This document shows positions 39,351 to 59,942 of a DNA stretch of 64,000 bases, piece by piece. The stretch is taken from positions 1 through 64,000 of the forward strand of contig NIVC01001954.1 in assembly GCA_002269645.1 (NCBI GenBank), given 5' to 3'. How positions within the stretch are numbered: position 1 is the first letter of the stretch; every line of letters begins with the position of its first letter. The notes below the pieces were generated by a model. The model did not search any database. It had not been told where the DNA came from and was given only the letters and a program-made list of their open reading frames with translations. Both the position numbers and the translations under genes were made by a program. Source of the DNA: Macrostomum lignano. Lineage: Eukaryota.

Positions 39351-39667
39351 TTACATTATGCTTATATATTTTTTTTTCTTCATGATATCCCCAAAATAAA
39401 GTATCAAAAGACTAATATATTAAATCGATTCAATCGATCGTGCAAAACTACGTTTCTTGCTGTTATTTCTTTGCAAAGGAAGGGCTTAGTTTAATACTAA
39501 CAGTAGTATATCAGTAGTATTTCAAGCAGTAGTTGAAATTGTTACACGTGGTTCAAGCAGAAATGATGACGCCGTAAAATGTGTAAAAGCTACAGCTGAG
39601 TGAAAAGCCATTTTGCTGTTGCTTAAAAAGCAACACAGTAAAGTTTCATTGTGCGGGCTGATTCGCC

Positions 39668-48449
<8,782 letters not shown>

Positions 48450-49011
48450 CCTGTCGATTATTTGCGATGATTGAAATGCCTGACGAGGATTTAGAGAATG
48501 AGAGAGCGTCAAAATTTAATGCATGCTCGACAGGCTTTTCTTGCTATTTTGGCCGAATAAAAGAGCTGTGTGACACAGGCTATAGATAGAAGGCCATAGG
48601 CTAAAAGCAAGCGTAGGCTCTGACTGGCTGCTTGTGTGCTTAGGGTGGCAAGAATTCCGGCAACTGGGGGGTTTGGCCAAGAATAGAAATTTTTGCTTGA
48701 ATGTGCACTGGCTAAGCGCCTTATATGCGAATACGTTTAGGTATTCCCAGCCATTATATACATGCAGTGAACTTTTAGTGTAAATTATTAAGTTATGATT
48801 GCAGCTTTTGTATACCTCGCAGCTGGAGCGGAAATAATAAAACTTTGTTTACGCTCGCATTTCACTTCATTCGTTGCAATCGTCAAATTTTACGAAATTC
48901 TTACCTCTTCCATTCGATGGTAAATTGCAAGTTCCGAAAATGAAAGTTTTCTAAATGTATTAGTGGTCCCTGTCTTTAGATAACACAAACTTTGAATGCG
49001 GCCCCAAACTG

Positions 49012-49495
49012 TATTGGGTGCTCCCTGTCCTTGGGTGCAATCGTTGTCCTTGGGTGCTCGCTGTCCTTGGGTGCAGATGTTGTCCTTGGGTGTTCGCTGT
49101 CCTTGGGTGCAATTGTTGTCCTTGGGTGCTCGCTGTCCTTGGGTGCAATTGTTGTCCTTGGGTGCTCGCTGTCCTTGGGTGCAATTGTTGTCCTTGGGTG
49201 CTCGCTGTCCTTGGATGCAATTGTTGTCCTTGGGTGCTCGCTGTCCTTGGGTGCAATTGTTGTCCTTGGGTGCTCGCTGTCCTTGGATGCAATTGTTGTC
49301 CTTGGGTGCTCGCTGTCCTTGGGTGCAATTGTTGTCCTTGGGTGCTCGCTGTCCTTGGGTGCTCGCTGTCTGAACCCTGTATCCACTGACCTGTCTATGG
49401 GCTGAACCCTGTATCCACTGACCTGTCTATGGGCTGAACCCTGTATCCACACTGACCTGTCTATGGGCTGAACCCTGTTTCCACACTGACCTGTT
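49012..49495. repeat. 36-bp dimeric minisatellite (about 10 copies) followed by a short 32-34-bp tandem repeat
   Basis: CCTTGGGTGCAATTGTTGT + CCTTGGGTGCTCGCTGT, then CTGAACCCTGTATCCACTGACCTGTCTATGGG about 3 times. Confidence 0.92.
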
Positions 49496-49902
49496 CAGTT
49501 TGAATCTTGTAGTCTTATCATTCTCCATAAGTTGCCTCTGTCAGTGTGGTTTTTAAAGACTAAAATAAAGTTACCGGCCTATCGAAAATGACTTTAATGA
49601 TTTTGAGTCAGCTAGCATATGTAATCAACAAGTTTTTCCACGTCGTATAAATATTGATGATGATTAAAACACACGGGGGACACAAAGCTTGCATGGTAAA
49701 TAAATAGTTCGCTACATTGAAAACGAGGTAAGGAAACAAGGCCAGGTCGATAAATGAGCTGAATTGTTTACGAATTGTTAAACAGTTAATTTACATAATC
49801 AGACAGAAAAATCGTAGCGCGCACTGTGAGCCTCGCGTAAACATATTATTAAGCCTGCCACAAGTTAAAATTGTCACGTTAAGGGCGCCCCTATTAGCTG
49901 TG

Positions 49903-49975
49903 TTCCAAGTGTTCTAATGGATAAGGCGTCGGTTTTCGGAGCTGAAGGTTATGGGTTCGAATCCCATCTTGGACA
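49903..49975 (+). tRNA. tRNA-Arg(TCG)-like gene, possibly a pseudogene
   Basis: Cloverleaf: acceptor TTCCAAG/CTTGGAC (first pair mismatched), D-loop TAATGGATAAGG, anticodon stem TCGGT/GCTGA with loop TTTCGGA, perfect T arm ATGGG-TTCGAAT-CCCAT, TTTTT terminator at 49979. Confidence 0.75.
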
Positions 49976-50985
49976 GAATTTTTCCTCGCATAAAGGGAAG
50001 CTTCGATTAGTTAAATGTGCATAAAATTGTTTGATAGAGAAACTTAAATGACGTTAAATTAAAAAAATAACTACAGTACGTAACTCCCGCATAAAAATTC
50101 AAATTGAACTTTACTTTCTTTTCGATACATATCGTAAAGTAGTATAGGAGGCAAAGTGAGCAAGATTAGCTTGCCGGTTAAGCTAATTATTTTCAATGTT
50201 GTTAAAAATCGCCGTGAAGAGCAAACCAAGTGTTTTAGTACAATTATATTTATCTGCTTTCGGTTTCCGATTATGTTATTGTGAAAAGTGAATTTTAATA
50301 ATAGCTCGTAATTTTTGTAACTAATCTAGCCAACTGCCAGCTCTACTTATGCCATGCTGTTTCACATTGAGTTATAATCTATTTTAGGTTCTTTCGGGAA
50401 ATTCTCGCATAATTCAGTCTTAAGGGTGGAAATGCACGCCTATTTTAGGCTATACTAATTTTAGCCACGTTTCAATTTCACGTTGGCAAGTACGCTAAAA
50501 ATTATGCATAGCAACTTAATAATAGAGACTTTACCTTGACTAAAACTCTTGACAGTTTATCGAAAGAAAAAGCCCCTGATTGTTTCAACAAATCAATTCC
50601 TCTGATCAACGGCCGTCCTGAGATGGAGATCGGATTAAAAAAAAACAGAATTGGAATTCGGGTGCTCAGGAAGCTAAAAAATATTGAACTAAAATATGAA
50701 AATATACAATCTAAACTTTGACCCTCAAGGAATGAATCTTCAGTTTTTGCTGGACGGCTGGAGAATAATCCACGCCCGCGCTTAAACTGTACAACCCTTG
50801 AACAGATAATGAAAATGTATACAGAAGTATAGCTACCTACGAGTACATGTAATTGGAATGCATTTATACGTGTTTGTTTGCTAGTGAAGAAAGAAGGCGA
50901 TGCTTTGCCTTCAACAAAGAATTCTATTCGACTGTTTTAAAGAAAGCTTTGTGCGACAGAAACCCCAAAATAGGTGTATGCATAA

Positions 50986-51349
50986 CAGGGGCGTAGCCAG
51001 GAATTTTGATTGGGGGGGGGCCGTGAGTTAGGGGGCGCCAGCTTCTTATAGGGGGGCGCCAGTTTCTTTTAGGGGGGGGCGCCAGTTTCTTATAGGGGGG
51101 GGGCGCCAGTTTCTTTTAGGGGGGGGCGCCAGTTTCTTATAGGGGGGCGCCAGTTTCTTTTAGGGGGGGGGGGGCGCCAGTTTCTTTTAGGAGGGGCCGG
51201 GGGCACCAGTTTCTTTTAGGGGGGGGGGGGGGCGCCAGTTTTTTATAGGGAGGGGGGCGCCAGTTTCTTTTAGGGGGGGGGGGGCGCCAAGGCCAGAGTT
51301 GGTTGATTGGACCCTTCCCCTCTGGAGGACCCCTCTGGCTACGCCCCTG
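50986..51349. mobile_element. hAT-family MITE (364 bp)
   Basis: Perfect 15-bp TIR CAGGGGCGTAGCCAG / CTGGCTACGCCCCTG; perfect 8-bp TSD ATGCATAA on both sides; internal G-run/GGCGCCAGTTTC repeats. Confidence 0.9.
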
Positions 51350-52335
51350 ATGCATAATTTGTTAAGGTTGTTATATTGACATTTGAATTTATGTTACTTA
51401 TATGCAACCCACAGATAATAAAACAGATAGTATCTGTGATGCAACCTTACAACTCATTTAAAACTTGCAATGCTTTTTAGTAGACATACTGCTAACTAAT
51501 TCAACAATGCAAAAATTTACCAGACTGCAGTTTGTAAATATAATACCGTTTTGATAATGAAGAAATGTATATAGGCAATATAGCTTTCTTTGCAGCCTGT
51601 TCAACGCTGTACGGTATGCGCTTTTAAAGATGCTAAACTGCAGGCTACTTTTGATCTGCTACTTTGTCGAGACTAAGTAATAATAGCGCTGAAATGACTG
51701 CAACTTTATTCATTTTTACTGCAATGAAATATTTGATGTTGTCATCACTCTACTGTATGTACGTCTGCCATTCCCACATGTAGATATAGCTCCAAACTTT
51801 ACATCATGTTAAAGAGAACAGTTTTGAACAACCAGGCAAAAAGTTACCATTTTAGGTGCAGCTAACCCGGAGTTATGAGCATTTAAATTTTAGGTTCAAT
51901 GCGACAATGCAAACAAACGTCCCCAAAACTTTTCCATAGATGGGGAGTGTCGCGTCCTTTTTACTTCAGTAGTCATTCGTCTGTTTGCACCTTTCCCAAT
52001 TCTTCTTCAACTGGGAAACCCAAAAAAGGCCTTGAAGAAAACCAAGTCTATTTTAAGATATCTATATTTAGCTCCAAAAGGAAACTGAAAAACAAAGATA
52101 ACATTATCAAAAAGAATTTTGTAGTTAATAAAACTTATATATTTTAAGTTAGTATTATTTTTTGTTTTTTTCTTGAATTTAGCTTTTCGCTACATACTTT
52201 TTGTTATAATCCTTTGATGACATCATTCGCTGGAATTTCGCGTATATATATAACGACCCCTGCCCACGTGTTTTCATCATCAACCCAAATAGTGGAATCA
52301 GAGGCGTTGCCTGCAATTGAACTTCTAATTCTAGC

Positions 52336-55300
52336 ATGTCGAACGTTGACGTCGAGTACTTATCACGTCGTGACTTTAAAAGCGACTCTGTTTTGGATAG
52401 AAACCCGAAAACGGAAGAAAGCTCTCTGTCTGATTTTCTTTCTCGTGTTCTTCCCACTCTCGAACACGTCGAACTACCGAAGATGGGAGAGTTGGACCCA
52501 GAGTCCCTGCTAAATTTGCTTGCAAACCAGAAGACTACTCAAGCTAGCGGTATTCGTGGATCGGAATTGAGCGACAGTGCGTCATGGAGGCCGATTCTTG
52601 GCTGTGGACTTGCGACAAGAACAGAAGGTACAGAAGCATTTGGTGATGCAAATTTTAGTCTTCAAAGTTTGGATCACTTGTCAAGTTCTGCTACCCAGTC
52701 TGCGACTTCATCAGCTGCTGGAACTTCTGCCATTGAACAAATGACAGCCAGTGCCGATTTTGACAACCAGCTGCGACAGGCCACCTTTGAGAATAGGTCC
52801 CGCGATTTGTTTCAAAGACTAATAATGCAAGCTTCAATTGCTCAGGGCAAGCGACAGATAACAATTACTGAGCGCATTCAAGTTCCATCATCTGATCATG
52901 TGGCTGAAATTGTTGGCAAGAATGGTAAGTGTGTTTGTATTTTTGTATATTTTTCTTAACATCAATCATCATGAGATATGGCAAATCATCTAGGCCTAAT
53001 CTAAATAATTTTGTTTTTTATTTATTTTCAATATATAAAAATAGTTGAAATTTGACATTTAAAATATAGTTTTTTAGTGTAAAAAATTCCTCTTTGAGAA
53101 TTAATTGTTGCTTGCAAATATTTTATTTTTAAAATTTCTTATTTAGTAATTTAATTAGCATATTGTCTGGATTTGTAATCTGTAAATTTAAAATAAGCTT
53201 CTTTTATTTAAGTATATTTTATATAAGTTTTTTTAGATTAGAATAGGCCTATTTTGAATTTTAATATTTAAAACTTATTTTCTTTCTAATTACTGGTTCA
53301 TTTATTTTTTTATTTAGCTAATTTTAACTTATTTTTTACTTATTCCAGGCCTCCGCATCAAGCAGATCCGTGAACACTTGAAGGTTTGGGTCAAGACACC
53401 AACAAGAGATGAGCTGCCTATCTTTGAAGTCACTGGAGTGCCAGATAAAGTTGCTGAGGTGAGTCACTGTTGCTTAATTTTTAATTTTCCAACTAATGCA
53501 TACGAGGGGCACTAGATAAGTTTTTAGCTGCGGTCAAACCGTTTATTCAAATTAGGCCATATTTTCTGAGCATATTGAATAAGAAGTTTTATCATGGTCC
53601 CCAAAGTTTCATGCACCTAATTGTCACCATTCTCTCACTGTCGCATTTTATCTCAACAAGGTCTGTGACTCTTTCAGCACTGTAATGGAGCTCAATCGTG
53701 AACACTTTCGTGCCATGATTTTCTACGATTTTAAGAGCGGCTTGACATTTCACCAGTGCCACGAGCGGCTGTCTGCTGCCTTTCCTAACCTTGCGCCATC
53801 CATCGCCACCGTCACCGCCTGGTTCCGGGAGTTCAAGCGTGGCCGAGACAGCTTGGAAGACGAAGGTCGAACCGGCCGACCTGTTTCAGTGACGACACCT
53901 GAAACTATCGACCGCGTGCGGCGCATGATTGAGGCTGATCGGCGAGTGACGTATCAAACGATTGAGGCATGTCTTGGAATCTCATCGCCGACAGTCGCTT
54001 CTATCCTTCGTGATCACCTCGCTGTCCGCAAGCTGACCAGTCGCTGGGTGCCGCATTTGCTCACCACCGAGCAGAAGCAGGCCCGCATGAGCTGGTGCCA
54101 GGAAATGCTGGACAGGTTTGGCGGAGGGACGTCGAAGTCTGTCACAGACATTGTCACATGTGACGAAACGTGGGTGTATTGCTACGAACCCGAGCGGAAA
54201 TGCCAGTCGCGTGTGTGGGCTTTTGAAGATGAAGCCCCGCCGACCAAGGTTGTCAGGGGTCGGAGCACTGGCAAGCAAATGGTGGCAACTTTCTTCCAAA
54301 AGACTGGCCACATTGCGACTGTAGCACTCGAGAGCCAGCGCACAGTGACTGCAGATTGGTACTGCACCGTCTGCCTGCCGCGTGTCATCAGCAGCCTTAA
54401 AGAGGCGCGGCCAAAGTGCGGCGTTCGAGGTCTCTGGCTGCACCAGGACAGCGCCAGTGCGCACACGGCGAATCGAACTCGAGAGTTTCTACAGACGGTG
54501 GGCTTCCAGCAGCTCAGTCATCCACCATATTCACCTGACCTGGCACCGTGTGACTTTTTTTTATTTCCATTCATCAAGAATTCCATGCGAGGGTGCCGAT
54601 TTTCCTCCGCCGAAGAGGCTGTTGATGCCTATAGATCGGCCGTTGAGGGGGTATCCCACTCAGAGTGGCGCCACTGCTTTGAAACTTGGTTTGAGCGGAT
54701 GAGGCGGTGCATCCAAGCTGATGGAGAGTACTTTGAAAAGCTCTGAAATTTTCATCTTTATAACTGTTACATGTCGACCGCAGCTAGAAACTTATCTAGT
54801 GCCCCTCGTATTAAGCATATAAAACTTGGCACATTGCCAAAAATACAAGAACCACTAAATTGTGCTTAAGTCATTCAACAAATAGCCCACAATCAATTGT
54901 TTGCAGGCGATCCGAATTCTGCAGCAGATGAGTGAGCACTTTACCCGGGTGCAGCAGGAACGTCAGACTCGCACTGAACCCACTAGAGTGGAGGAGCGAC
55001 TGTATGTTGAGCAGGACAAGGTCGGCCTCATTGTGTGCGCCTCTGGCCAGACCATCCGCTGGGTGCAGCAGCTCTCAGACACGCACATCGCCACGCCGCG
55101 CAAGCAGGAGAAGCAGCCCGGCCTGCGCACCTGCTTCACCATCTGCGGCACCAAGGAGCGGGTCCAGTTTGCCAAGCAGCTCATCTCCGAGTACGTTGCC
55201 ATGCGCTGCCCAGGCCTGTGGCTCGAGCCCAGCTTGCCCCGCTCCGTCGAGGCTCTCAAACTGGTGGCCGATTTTCATCAGGTGCGCCAGACCAAAGCTG

Positions 55301-55701
55301 AGTCGGCCGCCCCGACTGTCAGCGTCACCCCGGCTGCCGGACCCGCCGCCGCTGCTAGCACCGACGATGTCGGAGCTGACGCCTGCATTGGGATCGCCCA
55401 GATGTCACTGCTGAACGAGCCCCAGCAGCAGCAGACCCTGAAGGACGCCCGCCGGCTCTGGCCGGAGCAGGAGCGGCCGAAGCGCCTGTGGAACAGCGCC
55501 CTTTTCTTCGGCGGCCTCGCCGAGCAGCGCCGCTACTCTGCCGACACGCCCGTCAGCCCCATCACCCCCGCCGGAGCCGCCGGCGCGACCGCTGACTGGC
55601 CAACAGCCGAGCAGCTGGCCTCGCTGAAGAAGGTCAGAAGCAACGAGCAACTTGGCGAGTCGCCAGCACCGAACTCAGCCGCCTTCTCTGGCTGGATGTG
55701 A
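52336..55701 (+). CDS. MEX3: MEX-3-like KH-domain RNA-binding protein, 3 exons, about 497 aa, no RING
   Basis: join(52336-52924, 53349-53458, 54907-55701) with consistent phases. KH1 VPSSDHVAEIVGKNGLRIKQIREHLKVWVKTPTRDELPIFEVTG...SEHF parallels MEX3 VPSSEHVAEIVGRQGCKIK..IKTPVRGEEPVF. KH2 VGLIVCASGQTIRWVQQLSDTHIATP. Confidence 0.85.
53503..54808 (+). mobile_element. Full-length mariner DNA transposon (1306 bp), probably irritans subfamily
   Basis: 33-bp TIR CGAGGGGCACTAGATAAGTTT(T/C)TAGCTGCGGTC (1 mismatch), TA on both sides (53501-2, 54809-10), single transposase ORF. Confidence 0.97.
53685..54746 (+). CDS. Mariner transposase, 353 aa, DD34D
   Basis: Uninterrupted ORF with HTH region, WVPHLL, VTCDETW, HQDSASAH and YSPDLAPCD. 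I count 34 residues between the second and third catalytic Asp. Confidence 0.97.
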   Translation: MELNREHFRAMIFYDFKSGLTFHQCHERLSAAFPNLAPSIATVTAWFREFKRGRDSLEDEGRTGRPVSVTTPETIDRVRRMIEADRRVTYQTIEACLGISSPTVASILRDHLAVRKLTSRWVPHLLTTEQKQARMSWCQEMLDRFGGGTSKSVTDIVTCDETWVYCYEPERKCQSRVWAFEDEAPPTKVVRGRSTGKQMVATFFQKTGHIATVALESQRTVTADWYCTVCLPRVISSLKEARPKCGVRGLWLHQDSASAHTANRTREFLQTVGFQQLSHPPYSPDLAPCDFFLFPFIKNSMRGCRFSSAEEAVDAYRSAVEGVSHSEWRHCFETWFERMRRCIQADGEYFEKL

Positions 55702-58088
55702 ATTCAGTGTTAACTCTCTGACCGCTTCACCCTTGTTCGCGTATTCATTTCAACAATTATACAAACTATTGCGATTAATACTGGAACTGCGTTTTGGTTA
55801 TAAACCTTAGGTTGACTAAATATGCTGATTGTTTTGGCTGTATATGTCACTTATAATTCTAGATGCCTGATAGTTGCTAATATGATTAAATTGGCTAAGT
55901 ATTTCATCTTTTCGATTAAATGTAGGAGCACTGCTTAGCACTTGCTAATAACTGTGTACTATTGTAGTTAAGATTTGATAATTGATTTTTGCGCCTTCAC
56001 CCCAAGCACGAATTTTATATTTATATAAATTGCTAATAGTTCACTGCTTATTTTTACTCTATGATACAACCGCCCCCGCTCTTCTCTGCCTGTTATTTTT
56101 GCTCCTTATATTTTTATCTAGCTGATAAAGGCCTTTGAAGCATTTTCAATGCATAATCTGTCTCTTTTCTAGCCAGCGTAAGAAAGTAATCAAAATAATA
56201 AAAAAAACAATTTTTACCAGAGAACAGGTTTTATAAATATAGGTCTTTTGCCTTGCTCTGTACACAGTTAAGTTTGATCTGCTGTTTTTCGCATCTAAAT
56301 GTTATTTTGTTTAAAAATACAGAGAAGAGCGCATCATTTTTGTTTATTATATAAGCCTTATAAAATTATATTATTGTTATTATTAACCCGAATTCTTTAT
56401 CAGAGCTTTATCTGCAGGTTTCATTTTTGTATATCCATTTTATTCAGTAAACTGTCATCCGCGCCATCGTCTACGCTCGTGTCAGTTGGTTACTCTTGGC
56501 GGCTTGCAGTAATGTTTTATTAAATAGTTGGATATGTTTATATACTGTGTTATTAATTGTTAAATATAAACTAAAACTGTAATAAATTCTGATATGCAAA
56601 GCTATATATTAATAAGACTTTCACTTTCCGTAGCGGGTGCGGCGCTCATTCCGCGTGACTCATCGCCGCTTTTGCTCATCGGGATTGGGAGCGATTGGCT
56701 CGGAAGTCGGAAGTCTGAACTGGATTTGCACTTCAAATGCCCCCGTCGGTTACCATACTAAGCTATGAGGGGATTACTGCGTGTGCGTGTGCTGTTGCTA
56801 AAAATAGATCGGCAATAGCCTTGAGGTCAACCCCAGTGCGATCACCCCCCCCCCGTTTTACTGCGTGACTCACTATGGGGTGGTGGCCTATTTTGGTCTT
56901 TCGCGAACATTCTACAGATAAGGCGTCACCAATTGGTCATGCGGTACGGCCTCTGGCCCCTTACTCTCTCGCTTATTCAGCCCGCTGAACTGCTTTTGCA
57001 CTGGAAAAGCAAAACTATGCTGCCTAATAAAGCAGAATTGCGTCTTAGCCTTATTTACCCGCGGCACAAATGAATCCGCAGGGCAGTAAAGCAGATATGC
57101 AAAGCACAAATGATTAAATTATGTACGGTATACGCCCATTTTTTAAGCACTAACATTGAGGATTTCCTGTATGTCAAGTGAAGATTAAACAAAATAAAAC
57201 TTTTATAAACATTTTGAGAGCTGTACGTAAGTGACATAAAACTAGGCGAATATACGTAGTGCATATTTAATTATAACCTTTACATCAATACGGGATACAG
57301 TAAAATACAAACTCAAGATGACATGGCCTCACCGTCTCTGTACCAGAGGTCAGAGGAGATGAGAGATGAGAGGATAAGAAAGAGAAGAGAAGAGAGCTGG
57401 GGAAATTCTATTACGAAGTTTCAAAGGGCCCGAGGGCCGGATGGAGTGACAAGGACCACTGTAGTAGCAAAACCAATAGTAAAGCTAAACTAATAGTTGT
57501 TGCTACAGTGGTTTGCTGACCTCCTGCTCAATGAGCGTCCACGGATGCCTGTGCTATACTAAATATAATCAACTAATTCGCTGGTTGGTTTATGTACGCT
57601 CGCAATTAATTCCTTATCAGTCAGCAGGCCTCAATACCTTGCGATCAAAAGTCATTTAAAGACAGACGAAGAGAAAACCCCCGAAGGGGTCGGAAATGCG
57701 AGCGATTCGAACCTGCATGCCCGCCCACGCAATAGCCTGTGCCGCCTGTGCGGTAGGGAGCGGAAATCAAGAAGACTGTTAGGCTTTCCGCTAAAGCAAT
57801 GGCGCGCCGGTGCACGGGCGGGTAGCGAGAGTTCAGCACCTGGCAATACCCGCTCGTAAAGTGTGGTAGAAAGCAGGAAAGCCCAGGTGTGCGAGTCTGC
57901 TGCAGAGAGAAGCCCCCCCCCACAGCAAGCTCTTCGCGTGGGAAAGTGCAGCAGCTGATTATGCAGAGAATGCCTGAGGTGGGCGGCGCCCGGGTGCCAC
58001 CCAGTGACATTTCCGTCAATTCTCCTGCCTGCTCTCTGACCGTTGTGCTGTGGGGCCTGCTGCCATGCTTAATTATACCCGGTGAGGC

Positions 58089-58718
<630 letters not shown>

Positions 58719-59514
58719 GTATGGATGTATGTATATTTCAGATTTATAGATATACATGCCTTTGTTAGTATCTGAAAACTTTAATCTTCCAACGCTCTGC
58801 ATATTTGTGGACAACTTAAACATATCCAACATAGCGTACAGAATATCTATAAGACATACCATGACTCAAGGTATGAATCACGATCGAGAGGGGATTCGTC
58901 AAGGCGATGACTGCTGCTGACCAGGGTGCCTGGGCATGACCTCACTTCTTGTCGAGAGCCAGTGCAGCAGTGACTGATTGGCCCAGTGATTTATGGAGTG
59001 TCGTCATCTCCGTACAATGCGCTGGCTCAGCAGAGAATTCCCGTCTTGTGCGTGCTGAGTCAGCCGATTTTGCTTCCTTCTAATTTTTATCGCGTAATTC
59101 ATACGAAAGAGCCATATATTTCTACTAACAGTAAGCATTTGGCAAAGAACGCGGAAATATAAATCACAGAAAAGCAGAATGATAAAAAGGAATTCCACGA
59201 TTCTATAATAACGAAAAACGCTATTTTTACTACTCATCGGATTTCCCTGTTGTAAGTAGGGTAAATCATGAATTTGAAGGATTTGAAAAAGGGACAAATC
59301 AATTTGATTATTGCCTTGATTCTTGTCAAGTGGAAATTTTCCCTAATTTTCTGTCTCGTTTGTTAAACTGATTTTGCGAGACTAAACGCAGTTAGAAACG
59401 AAATCGGAATGAAAAGAATGAAAAAACAAATATTTGACCCTAATTCTGCCACAAAGCGGTCCTGTATTCAGGAAAAAATGCTGTTAAAATAGGAAAACTT
59501 CAGTTGCCGCTCAG

Positions 59515-59582
59515 ACTTCCGGTTGTCTCAAAGAGAACTTGAGAGCTAATTGCAACCCCGGAAGTGCTATTGCACCGGAAGT
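59515..59582. promoter_or_regulatory. Cluster of three ETS/GABP-type CCGGAAGT motifs, candidate promoter of the ankyrin-TRP gene
   Basis: ACTTCCGG 59515-59522, CCGGAAGT 59558-59565 and 59575-59582, about 360 bp upstream of the ATG. A pyrimidine-rich acceptor at 59897-8 suggests a 5' UTR intron. Confidence 0.35.
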
Positions 59583-59942
59583 AGCAGGAATAACTCAACT
59601 TTCTATGTGTGCTCAGCCAGAGGAAGGCAATCCCAAAGTTTGCAGGTTCAATAGGTTCATTTGTGCCACCTGGTCCAGGTTAGCAACCAAGGGAAAGGTG
59701 AGAGAGGGACTTGTGCAGGTATTTTTTAGCTGGGAGATTTTTCGGTGCCTAACGAAGCCTGGCTGTTGATTCGCAGGGCCTCGGGGGAGGACCAGCATTA
59801 GCGGCCGTCGGATCCGGTTGAGTTCTCCGCTGCAGACAGGCAGACAGGCAGACTGACACTCAAGATTACCTGGTCTCTCTCTCTCTCTATTTTGCAAGCG
59901 AAAGCCGTTGGCGCACTGCTGCCCGCCTCAGCTAGGCCTGCA

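Noticed and set aside
38571-39494. (AEAV)n and (GS)n proteins
   Set aside because: Artefacts of a stop-free 12-bp array between convergent genes, with no unique coding flanks.
48960-49452. Cys-rich or TM-like repetitive ORFs
   Set aside because: 36-bp minisatellite open in five frames.
57455-57512. 10-bp inverted repeat ACCACTGTAG...CTACAGTGGT
   Set aside because: Too short and isolated to call a MITE or pre-miRNA.
57690-57770. GGTTCGAATC B-box on the minus strand
   Set aside because: No cloverleaf and no convincing A-box or shared SINE core.
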